Source: Planctomycetota bacterium
GTDB taxonomy: Bacteria > Planctomycetota > SZUA-567 > H5-PLA8
Length of the DNA: 64,000 bases
Assembly: GCA_038227875.1 (NCBI GenBank)
Contig: JBBRPR010000010.1
Span: forward strand, 32,001 to 96,000
Reading direction: 5' to 3'
Of the stretch, positions 53,579 through 61,741 are shown piece by piece (position 1 is the stretch's first letter; each line of letters starts with the position of its first letter). Below the pieces are notes generated by a model. It saw only the letters and a program-made list of their open reading frames with translations. It ran no database searches and was not told where the DNA came from. The translations under genes and the position numbers were made by a program.

Positions 53579-55702
53579 TTACTTCTTCAGAATGGCATCA
53601 TACTTGGAACGCGGAACAGGACGGTAGTCCCACGGTTCCAACGTGAACGACGCACGTCCGCTCGAGAGTGAACGCGAGATACTGGAGTACGCAAACATCT
53701 CGCTCAGCGGCGCGCGCCCGCGGATGACCTTCAAACTGCCGCGGTCGCTCACCTCGATGATTTCCACCCGGCGTGCATTCAAGTCGCCGATGATCGCGCC
53801 CAGCGCCGTGTCCGGGAGCACCACTTCCAGCGTCATCACGGGCTCCAGCAGGATCGGCTTCGCCATCGCCGCAGCCATCCGGAACGCCTTCGCGCCCGCG
53901 ATTTCAAACGCGAGACTCGACGAGTCCTTAATGTGGATCTCCCCGTCCGTCACACGAACCCGGGTATGAATCAACGGATAGCCAGACCCGAGAATTCCCG
54001 ATCGTGCGGCATAACGCACCCCTCTTTCAATCGCCGGAATGTATTCCTTGGGAATCGTTCCGCCCACAACAGCGGACTCGAACACCAGATGATCCTGCTC
54101 GTCATTTTGGAACGGTTCGACTTCCAACGTGCAGACTCCAAACTGACCCGGTCCGCTGTTCTGCTTGACGTGCCGGCCTTCGGCCTCGGCGGCAACCGTG
54201 ATCCTTTCACGGTACGCCACGCGCGGCGCTCCGACCTCGACTGCCACCTTGTAATCGCGCGCCAGCTTCTCGCGGATGGTCTCCAGATGCAGTTCGCCCA
54301 TGCCGGAGATGACCAGTTGCCCGGTCTCCGAATCAAACGCGTGCGTAAACGTCGGATCGTCCTTGCTCAACTTCACCAACGCGTACGCCAGCTTCTCCGC
54401 CTCGGCGTTCGACTTCGATTCGACGGCCATCGAAATCACCGCGTCCGGGAAGGTTGGCGCTTCGAGCACGATCGGCGCTGACTCCACGCAGAGCGTGTCG
54501 CCAGTCCGCGTTTCACGGAGACCCGTGAGCGCGACGATCTGTCCGGCCATCGCCGACTGCAGCGTCGCCACGTTCGCGCCCTGCAGCCGGAAGATGCGCT
54601 CGACGCGCTCGCACCGTCCCAGCCTCGGGTTGAACACGGCTTGGCCGCGAGAGAGCGTTCCCGAATAGATTCTGACCATGGTCAACGCTCCGTATTGGTC
54701 GTGCAGAGTCTTGAACGCCAGACCCGTCAACGGGCCGTCGGGGTCCGCTTGTCTTTCGATCGTGCGCTCCGAACAGCTCGGATCGCTGCCATGGATAGTG
54801 CGTTCGGCTGGCGACGGCAGATACGCAACGACTGCGTCAAGCAACTGCTGTACGCCCATGTAGTGCTGCGCCGTGCCGCACACGACCGCGCAGGCCCGTC
54901 CGGCCACCGACACCCGCCGGATTGCCGCCACCAATTGCGCGGCGTCCGGTTGTGTGTCGTTCAGGAAGAGCTCCGCCATCTCCGTATCGAGATCCGCCAG
55001 CGTCGAGAACAGCTGCTGACGCTGCCGTGCGGCTTCGCTGGCCAACTCCACTTCAATCGCCGACTCGACCATGCGCGTGCCGGTACCTTCGGCGTTGGCT
55101 TCGAATTGGAATTGCCGCATCGCGATTAGGTCGATCACGCCGCGGAAGTCTTGGCCGCTGCCGACGGGCGACTGCAGCGGCAACGCTTTCGCATCCAGCC
55201 GCCGCCCGATTTCCGAGACCACGTTGGCGAAGTCCGCGCCCACGCGATCCATCTTATTGACGAAGCAGACGCGCGGCACGTTGAACTTGTCGGCCTGCCG
55301 CCAGACGGTCTCCGACTGCGCCTGAACGCCGTCGACGGCGGAGAAGACCACGACCGCGCCGTCGAGCACCGACAGCGCGCGCTGCACTTCAACCGTGAAG
55401 TCGATGTGCCCGGGCGTGTCGATGACGCAGATCGCGTGGCCGTTCCAATGGCAGGAGACGAGCGCCGCCTTGATGGTGATGCCGCGATTGCGTTCGGTCG
55501 GGTCGAAGTCCGTCGTCGTGTTGCCGGAATCCACGTCGCCGGACTTGTGCTGCGCGCCGGCGATGAACAGCACGCGCTCGGTACACGTGGTTTTTCCCGC
55601 ATCGATGTGCGCAATGATGCCGATGTTCCGCATGCGCAGGATCGCCGCGAGGTGTTCGGACCTGAGATTGGAATTCGTCAGTCGTAGATTCAGAGCACTC
55701 AT
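53579..55702 (-). CDS. fusA: elongation factor G, stand-alone divergent paralogue
   Basis: RNIGIIAHIDAGKTT, E..RGITI, DTPGH.DF, NKMD, GMGELHLE, P.VAYRE.I, P..LEP; no rpsL/rpsG/tuf neighbours. Start 55702 (or 55633). Confidence 0.92.
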   Translation of the reverse strand: MSALNLRLTNSNLRSEHLAAILRMRNIGIIAHIDAGKTTCTERVLFIAGAQHKSGDVDSGNTTTDFDPTERNRGITIKAALVSCHWNGHAICVIDTPGHIDFTVEVQRALSVLDGAVVVFSAVDGVQAQSETVWRQADKFNVPRVCFVNKMDRVGADFANVVSEIGRRLDAKALPLQSPVGSGQDFRGVIDLIAMRQFQFEANAEGTGTRMVESAIEVELASEAARQRQQLFSTLADLDTEMAELFLNDTQPDAAQLVAAIRRVSVAGRACAVVCGTAQHYMGVQQLLDAVVAYLPSPAERTIHGSDPSCSERTIERQADPDGPLTGLAFKTLHDQYGALTMVRIYSGTLSRGQAVFNPRLGRCERVERIFRLQGANVATLQSAMAGQIVALTGLRETRTGDTLCVESAPIVLEAPTFPDAVISMAVESKSNAEAEKLAYALVKLSKDDPTFTHAFDSETGQLVISGMGELHLETIREKLARDYKVAVEVGAPRVAYRERITVAAEAEGRHVKQNSGPGQFGVCTLEVEPFQNDEQDHLVFESAVVGGTIPKEYIPAIERGVRYAARSGILGSGYPLIHTRVRVTDGEIHIKDSSSLAFEIAGAKAFRMAAAMAKPILLEPVMTLEVVLPDTALGAIIGDLNARRVEIIEVSDRGSLKVIRGRAPLSEMFAYSSISRSLSSGRASFTLEPWDYRPVPRSKYDAILKK

Positions 55703-55908
55703 AAAGATTCGCTTTCTGGTGTGACAAAAGCACACCGGCCCCGTTGCGCGGGCGAGAATGTGTGCACGCGCAACGGTGGAATTAAAATTTGAACCGTAAG
55801 CGGACGCGCGCGCAGACGAATCGTCTGGCGGCACGGGCTTACACAGGGATCAATGAGGGCAGGGGAGCTCGCGGCAGCTGAACGAGCGGCTAGCGGCCGC
55901 AAGCCAGC

Positions 55909-55974
55909 TTATATTGCGTGACGGCACCTCGGTGCGAGGCGGCGAGCTGCATTCGGTGTGAGGATACGGAACAT
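55909..55974 (-). CDS. candidate 21-aa leader peptide (MFRILTPNAARRLAPRCRHAI) upstream of EF-G
   Basis: ATG at 55974 preceded by GGGAA, TAA at 55909-55911, followed by several hairpins before the EF-G start. Confidence 0.35.
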   Translation of the reverse strand: MFRILTPNAARRLAPRCRHAI

Positions 55975-56060
55975 GGCAGCATTCCCAAATGGGCCCAGGT
56001 CGGCCGAGTGTGTCCGGATCACTAAATCACATGGAATGGGAGAATGCAAATCGGGCTGCG

Positions 56061-56816
56061 CTATAAACCTTCGCGCAATTCCTTCAGCGGAAAATTCTTC
56101 CCCGGGCAGGCGGTGCTGCCGCCGAGGCGCACTTGGTTGTGGCCGACCACGCTCGTGCCGGAAATGCTGTACTGGTGGCAGAGGCGAGTGATCAGCTTCT
56201 TCAGGGCGACAAGTTGTGCGGGGGTCGGGACATCCTGATCGAAGTTTCCCACCAGGCAGATGCCGATGCCGTGTTCGTTGTATTCGGTGGAGTTGGCGTG
56301 CGCGCCGGCTTCCTGGCTGTACCAGCGCGGACCGGCGACGATCGCGCCGTCGCCCTGGTCGGTGCCATTGCCGATCACGAAGTGGTAGCCGAGGCACTTC
56401 CAGCCGCGCTGCCGGTGGGCGACGTCGAAGATCTCCGCGCTGCCACGCACGCTGGCGGAGTGATGCAGCACGATGTATTTCCATTCGCGCGGCGGAGCAT
56501 TGGGGTCCGTGGTGAGCACTTCGTCGGTGAAAACGGCCGGCGCGGTCCATTTCATCGGCGGCTTGAGCGGCTTGGGATTGGGCACGGGACCGGAGGCGGC
56601 AAACAGTGCCCAGGAGCCGAGCGCCACGCAAATCGCCAGAATGCCGCCGCGGATCAGCACATCGACGACCGGATGCGCCGGCTTGCCGCCGGCAGCGGCG
56701 GGATTCGCGCTGCGGACTTTGTTTCTACGCGGTCGCGGGTACGATGAACCTGCCTGCCCGGCGGGAAGATGCAGCCCTGCGCGCATGCCGGAGAAGAAAT
56801 CCGTGATGAATCGCAT
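56061..56816 (-). CDS. N-acetylmuramoyl-L-alanine amidase (Amidase_2/PGRP-like), membrane-anchored
   Basis: W.YIVLHHSA, GW..LGYHFVIGNG..DG, GAHA, N..GIGICLVGNF, PT.AQ, GH, T.CPG. Confidence 0.92.
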   Translation of the reverse strand: MRFITDFFSGMRAGLHLPAGQAGSSYPRPRRNKVRSANPAAAGGKPAHPVVDVLIRGGILAICVALGSWALFAASGPVPNPKPLKPPMKWTAPAVFTDEVLTTDPNAPPREWKYIVLHHSASVRGSAEIFDVAHRQRGWKCLGYHFVIGNGTDQGDGAIVAGPRWYSQEAGAHANSTEYNEHGIGICLVGNFDQDVPTPAQLVALKKLITRLCHQYSISGTSVVGHNQVRLGGSTACPGKNFPLKELREGL

Positions 56817-57006
56817 GACTGGCCCAGGGTTGCAAGGTCATCGCGGCGTTAGTACGTGTGTGTCCGCATTGCCGCGCCGATGCGACAATTTAAGTGCTCG
56901 TTTGGTATCGGCAGAATTCGGAACAGAAAATAGCAATTTGCGGAATGCCCTCTCCATAGGGTAGTTTAAGAAATCGCAATCGTAGGACTGACAAGGGACG
57001 GGTTGA

Positions 57007-57504
57007 ATGCAGAAGCCGAAGCCGGCCGCCACAGAGAAGAAAGAGTACCGCCAGACCGTGGCGACCAACTCCAAGGCGCGGCACGACTACTTCGTCGAAG
57101 AGACGATCGAGGCCGGTGTGGAGCTTCACGGCAGCGAGGTGAAGAGCCTGCGCATGCGCCGCGTGAATTTTGCGGATTCCTATGCGCGCGTGTACGAGAA
57201 CGAATGCTGGCTGATGGGTCTGCAACTCAACACCTACGACAAGGCCCACGTCGAGATTCCCGATCCCATCCGCCGGCGCAAGCTGCTGCTCAGCCGCCGC
57301 GAAATCGAAAAGATCCGCGCCAAAAGCGAGATTTCCGGCCGCACCATCGTGCCGCTCGAGATCTACTTCAAAGGTCGCTGGGCGAAAGTGCTGCTGGGAC
57401 TGTGCAAAGGCAAAACTCACGGCGACAAGCGCGAGACGCTGAAAGCCGCCGAAGTTAAACGCGACATCGCGCGCATCATGAAGTCGGTACGCAGCGGCCG
57501 TTAG
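57007..57504 (+). CDS. smpB: SsrA-binding protein
   Basis: N.KARHDY, EAG.EL.G.EVKSLR, DP.R.RKLLL...EI, T.VPL..YF, KGK...DKRE..K. Confidence 0.97.
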   Translation: MQKPKPAATEKKEYRQTVATNSKARHDYFVEETIEAGVELHGSEVKSLRMRRVNFADSYARVYENECWLMGLQLNTYDKAHVEIPDPIRRRKLLLSRREIEKIRAKSEISGRTIVPLEIYFKGRWAKVLLGLCKGKTHGDKRETLKAAEVKRDIARIMKSVRSGR

Positions 57505-57511
57505 TGGCTGC

Positions 57512-57546
57512 AAAAAAACTCGCCGCGTTTCCGCGGCGAGCTTTTT
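57512..57546. terminator. bidirectional intrinsic terminator
   Basis: AAAAAAA-CTCGCCGCG-TTTC-CGCGGCGAG-CTTTTT between convergent genes. Confidence 0.85.
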
Positions 57547-57565
57547 CCCATTCCCGTCGATTCCG

Positions 57566-58828
57566 TTACTTCAGCTTCAATTCCGAGAGTTCCACCACGC
57601 GCTTTTCCAAGCGGGCTTTTTCAGCGGCGAAGACGATCGCGTGCGAGCGCAGGGATTCGTCGGTGCCGGTGAGCACCAGCGATGGATCGTTCTTGCGCAT
57701 CGCGTTCATGAAGTTTCGCATCAACAGGTCGTCGGCTCCACCGTGGCTACCGGTGCCAAAAGGAATTTTCGTCGTCTCCACGGCGCGGTCGGCATGGCGG
57801 TGGACTTCGATCGTGTTGGAATCGGATTCCGCGCGGATGAATCCCGTCGTGCCGTGGATGCGCAGGAAACGTCCGCCGAACGGCGTGAACGCGGTCATCG
57901 TGAACGTGCCGGTGATGCCGCCGGCGAATTCGAAGTTCACCACCTGATGATCGACGACATCGTTGTCGGTCTGGAAGACACACTTGTCGAAGGGCGTGTG
58001 CTTCAGCGCCACCAGACGTTCCGCCGCGGTCTTCTGCGTGAAGCCGGCGTGATGCGCGACCCAGTGGTTGTTCTCCTGCGCGTAAATCTTCAATGAGGAG
58101 TACGGACAACTGAACTCCGCCGGACACCCGTCCGTGCAGTATGGCGGCGCGCCTTTCGGAGCGTGCTCCTTGCGGAAATAGGTCAGCGAACCAAACGAGC
58201 TCACGCGTTCGCACGGCTTGCCGACGATCCACGAAAACATGTCGATGTCGTGGCAGGTCTTGGCCATCAGCATGAACGTGCTTCGGGAGGTATTGCCCCA
58301 ATTGCCGCGGACGAAGCTGTGCGACTGGTGAATGTGCTCGACGGCTTCGAGCTGGTCGAAGCTGACCATCTGGCCGATGGCTCCGGCGTCGAGCAGCCTT
58401 TTGACTTCCGTGTACACGGAGCTGTAGCGCATGCTGTGGCAGACGCAGACGATGCGATTGTTGGCCTGCCGCGCTTTGTCGATGGCGATGCAATCTTCCA
58501 ACGACGTCGCCATCGGCTTTTCGAGAATCATGTGATAGCCGAGATTCAAACCTTTCACGGCCGATGCAACGTGAAGGCGATCCATGGTGGTGTTGATCAG
58601 GACGTCGGCGAGCTTGGGTTTGGCGAGCAGATCTTCCCAGCGTTCAAACTGCAGGTCCGCGGGAATGTTGTGCGCCTCGGCGACGTTCTTTCGTCGTTCC
58701 GGATTGGGTTCCGCGACGGCGACGACGCGTCCCGCGTCAGGATGGCCTTTGATCCAGTTGGAAAAATTAGTCCCGCGTCCACCAGCACCAATGATGGCGA
58801 AGGTAAAAGCTTGCTGCAGGTTGCTCAT
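57566..58828 (-). CDS. Gfo/Idh/MocA family NAD(P)-dependent oxidoreductase
   Basis: IIGAGGRG, EKPMA, H..HSFVRGNW, K.CHD.D, HGGAD, S..SH...FAAE..R. Confidence 0.93.
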   Translation of the reverse strand: MSNLQQAFTFAIIGAGGRGTNFSNWIKGHPDAGRVVAVAEPNPERRKNVAEAHNIPADLQFERWEDLLAKPKLADVLINTTMDRLHVASAVKGLNLGYHMILEKPMATSLEDCIAIDKARQANNRIVCVCHSMRYSSVYTEVKRLLDAGAIGQMVSFDQLEAVEHIHQSHSFVRGNWGNTSRSTFMLMAKTCHDIDMFSWIVGKPCERVSSFGSLTYFRKEHAPKGAPPYCTDGCPAEFSCPYSSLKIYAQENNHWVAHHAGFTQKTAAERLVALKHTPFDKCVFQTDNDVVDHQVVNFEFAGGITGTFTMTAFTPFGGRFLRIHGTTGFIRAESDSNTIEVHRHADRAVETTKIPFGTGSHGGADDLLMRNFMNAMRKNDPSLVLTGTDESLRSHAIVFAAEKARLEKRVVELSELKLK

Positions 58829-58980
58829 TTACGGAGCTCCAAGAGGGAAGGGTTTCGATCACAAACTGTGTGTCCAGATTCGACCAAACAATCTAGTACA
58901 CCTCGTCCGGCGTACAACATCTAGTTCTGTCCATTTGTCTACTTGAGTACACCGTGACTTCGGATAATTCTGAAATTGTG

Positions 58981-59009
58981 AGGAGTATGGACAGCAGTCC
59001 ATTCTCCCT
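58981..59009. repeat. REP-like palindrome family A, copy 2 (degenerate)
   Basis: AGGAGTATGGACAGCAGTCCATTCTCCCT. Confidence 0.65.
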
Positions 59010-59206
59010 TAGTGACTCGAGTCACGAAGGTGTCAAAATGACCAACTCGGGCCACGTGGCCTCTGCGCCGTATCGGCCGCGGGCAAATTTGACCGCGGCC
59101 GAAACGACAGACCTCAAAATGGCCCGCGTCGATTCATCAGAATTTGCGACGGATGTGCTGAACTTCGCCCCTCTTAGGTAGCCTCAAGCCACCCGCGGAG
59201 CCCTTC

Positions 59207-61612
59207 ATGAACGACGTGCCGTACACCCAGCAGCTCGAAGCGACCGACGCTCAATTCCTTAAGCATCTTAAACTTCCAGGAACGGCCGGGAAGGCCCTGG
59301 CCGCCGCGCAGAAGGCCGGCGACGGCGTCCAGATCGCGCACGTTGTAGCCGAGCATTTCCGCCGGCGCTCCGCGCCGCAGTGCTTCTTCTATTCGCACGG
59401 TTCGCCCTGGCATGAAAACGACGCGCCCGGCGACGTGCTCGAAAAGGCCGATGGCCTCCTGAACAATCGCTTCCGCAGTTCGTGGCCGCCGCATCATTGG
59501 GTCAACATCGGCGGCAAAGACGGCGCGATCGATTGGGAACAGGCGATCACAGAAGCCGGCACCGCGACCGCTCGCAACACGTTCGTCACCGAGTTGTCGA
59601 CGGCGTGGGCGTTGACCGGCAACGCCGCGTACGCGCGCAAGGCGCTGGAGCTGATCCGCTCACTGGTCGCAACGTTTCCGTTCAATCTCGATCCGAAATT
59701 TTACGAGGACCACGACAGCTATTTCGGCGGCCGCGCCAATCACACGCTATCAGTTTCGTACCGTGGCTTCCGCTGGACCGACTTGATGTATTCCGGAGCG
59801 CTTCACGCGCCGGGAGTCTTCTCCGACGCTGATGTATTCTGGCTGGTCAAGCAGCTCTGGTTTTACGCCATGCAGTATTACCGGCTCTGCGGCGACGTGA
59901 TGCGGCGCGACAATCATCATCTGTTCGATCACGGGCACTCGCAATTTTTCTTCGGGATCATGTACCCGGAATTCGACATCAGCAAGGAGATGACGGAGTA
60001 CGGCGCGAAAGTGATCCGGCATCATTTTGGCGCAAATCTGCTGAAAGACGGCGGCTACGGAGAACACAGCGCGGAGTATCAGTACCATATTTCGTACCAC
60101 TTCCTTCATCCGCTCGGCGTCGCGGCCGCGAACGGCTACACACTGCTGAGCGTCGCGCAGATCGAGCGCGTGCGAAAGTGGGTGGAGTTCAATGCGCGGC
60201 TTTCGCTGCCGGACGGGCGCATCCCGCCGTTTGGCGATTCCGATGGGCGTACGTACCACAACTTTTTCGGACAGCTCGGCACGGCCGTCATGACGCCGCG
60301 CTTAAGCGCCATGGCTCGCGCGCTCAGCATCGAGCCCGGAAAAATGAACATCGCTTCGGCGCCGAAAGTCGCGCAACAGATGAGCGGCTGGGTGCCGGGC
60401 AAGGCGACGAAGATCGGGCTCTCCAATTATTATTTGAACAAGGGAAAGACGGAAAAGCCCGACCCGAAGGAACTGCGCGAAACGGCGAGCGCTCAATTTC
60501 CCGACGGCGGGTACACGGTCTTCCGTTCGGAATGGAGTCCCGACGCCGATTACCTCGCCATGTCGCACCACAGCAAGAGCCTCAACGGTGGTCACGCGCA
60601 TCTCGACATGCTCTCGTTCGTGCTGCATACGAAAGGCAAGCTGCTGATCGGCGATCCCGCCACGTGGCTGTATTTCGACCGGCGATTTTTCGGCCACGGC
60701 GGCGGCAAGCTGAAACCTGGCGCGGAGAACACGGGCTTGCACCGCGGCTACTCCTACGGCGCGGATTCGCACAATGTCTTCGTCCGCAATTATGATTTCA
60801 TCCGTCCGCTGCGCGCCTTGAATCATTTCACCGTGTACGGTCTGCAACGTCCACCGCTGTGCGGCCTCGGATTGTTCAAATCGGGTGGACCGATCGAAGT
60901 CGTCGACGCCTGGCACGACGAGAACGCGCCGGTACGGCATCGCCGCTTGCTCGTTCACATCAAGGGTGTTGGCTTCGCGTTTGTCGAGATGATGAACAGC
61001 CCCGTCGGCAGCCTCGCGCCGTACGATTACTCGCAGTTCTATCATTTCCAATTCGAGACTGAGATCGCCCCGGTGGAACCGCAGATTCAGCAGACGCTGA
61101 AAGTGTTCAATGGCGACGCCGCGTGCTTCATCGTGCCCGGACGCGAAGCCGAAGTGCGCTGGCAGACGTTCCGCGATGAGTACCTGCAAGACGTGTACTC
61201 AAATTACCGCAAGCCCGACGGTGAAAATCCGTGGGTTGCCGAACTCTCACGCCGCGCGCGTGGGCCTGTTGTCTTCACGAATTTCATCCTCACCGGGGGT
61301 GCCGATGGCTTGGTGAACGTGCCGGAAGCGCGGTACCTCGGCACCGCGCCGTCGGAATGGATGACCTGGCAGAGCGACGGTCTCAGCGCCCACGCGCTGG
61401 ACCTGGGCAAAAACGGTACGTTGCTGCTGGCGAGTTGCCCCTACGGAAAAGCGCTGGTGAGCAAGGATCTCGAAACCGACGCCGAGCTTGCGGTCGTGTT
61501 GTTGGATGCCAAAGGCAAGGTGAAACACTGGGCGCTCGCGCGCGGGTCGAAACTTTCCGTGCGCGGTAAGAAGCTTATTGCAGGTCGGAAGGTGGAGTGG
61601 AAAGAAAGCTGA
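59207..61612 (+). CDS. heparinase II/III family protein (polysaccharide/oligosaccharide lyase-like)
   Basis: NH, DGG..E.S..Y, PDG..P.FGDS, FPDGGY...RS.W, H.H.D.LSF, D.......Y, SHN. Confidence 0.85.
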   Translation: MNDVPYTQQLEATDAQFLKHLKLPGTAGKALAAAQKAGDGVQIAHVVAEHFRRRSAPQCFFYSHGSPWHENDAPGDVLEKADGLLNNRFRSSWPPHHWVNIGGKDGAIDWEQAITEAGTATARNTFVTELSTAWALTGNAAYARKALELIRSLVATFPFNLDPKFYEDHDSYFGGRANHTLSVSYRGFRWTDLMYSGALHAPGVFSDADVFWLVKQLWFYAMQYYRLCGDVMRRDNHHLFDHGHSQFFFGIMYPEFDISKEMTEYGAKVIRHHFGANLLKDGGYGEHSAEYQYHISYHFLHPLGVAAANGYTLLSVAQIERVRKWVEFNARLSLPDGRIPPFGDSDGRTYHNFFGQLGTAVMTPRLSAMARALSIEPGKMNIASAPKVAQQMSGWVPGKATKIGLSNYYLNKGKTEKPDPKELRETASAQFPDGGYTVFRSEWSPDADYLAMSHHSKSLNGGHAHLDMLSFVLHTKGKLLIGDPATWLYFDRRFFGHGGGKLKPGAENTGLHRGYSYGADSHNVFVRNYDFIRPLRALNHFTVYGLQRPPLCGLGLFKSGGPIEVVDAWHDENAPVRHRRLLVHIKGVGFAFVEMMNSPVGSLAPYDYSQFYHFQFETEIAPVEPQIQQTLKVFNGDAACFIVPGREAEVRWQTFRDEYLQDVYSNYRKPDGENPWVAELSRRARGPVVFTNFILTGGADGLVNVPEARYLGTAPSEWMTWQSDGLSAHALDLGKNGTLLLASCPYGKALVSKDLETDAELAVVLLDAKGKVKHWALARGSKLSVRGKKLIAGRKVEWKES

Positions 61613-61620
61613 AGGTCTGG

Positions 61621-61741
61621 AACGGAGTCATTGGTCATCGGTCATTTGTCATTTTTCATTTACGAAGGGCGTTGTGTCGAGTTGCACGCTTGTCTGCCGC
61701 TCCCCGTAAATGACCAATGCCCATTGACCAATGACTCCGTT
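61621..61741. repeat. heptamer (GTCATTG-type) capped inverted-repeat hairpin between convergent genes
   Basis: AACGGAGTCATTGGTCA 61621-61637 is the perfect reverse complement of 61725-61741; inner TCATTTACG/CGTAAATGA pair. Confidence 0.85.

Noticed and set aside
56820..57560. tmRNA (ssrA) next to smpB
   Set aside because: Flanking gaps are too short, and no GGGG..TTCGA 5' end or TTCGA..CCACCA 3' end is present.
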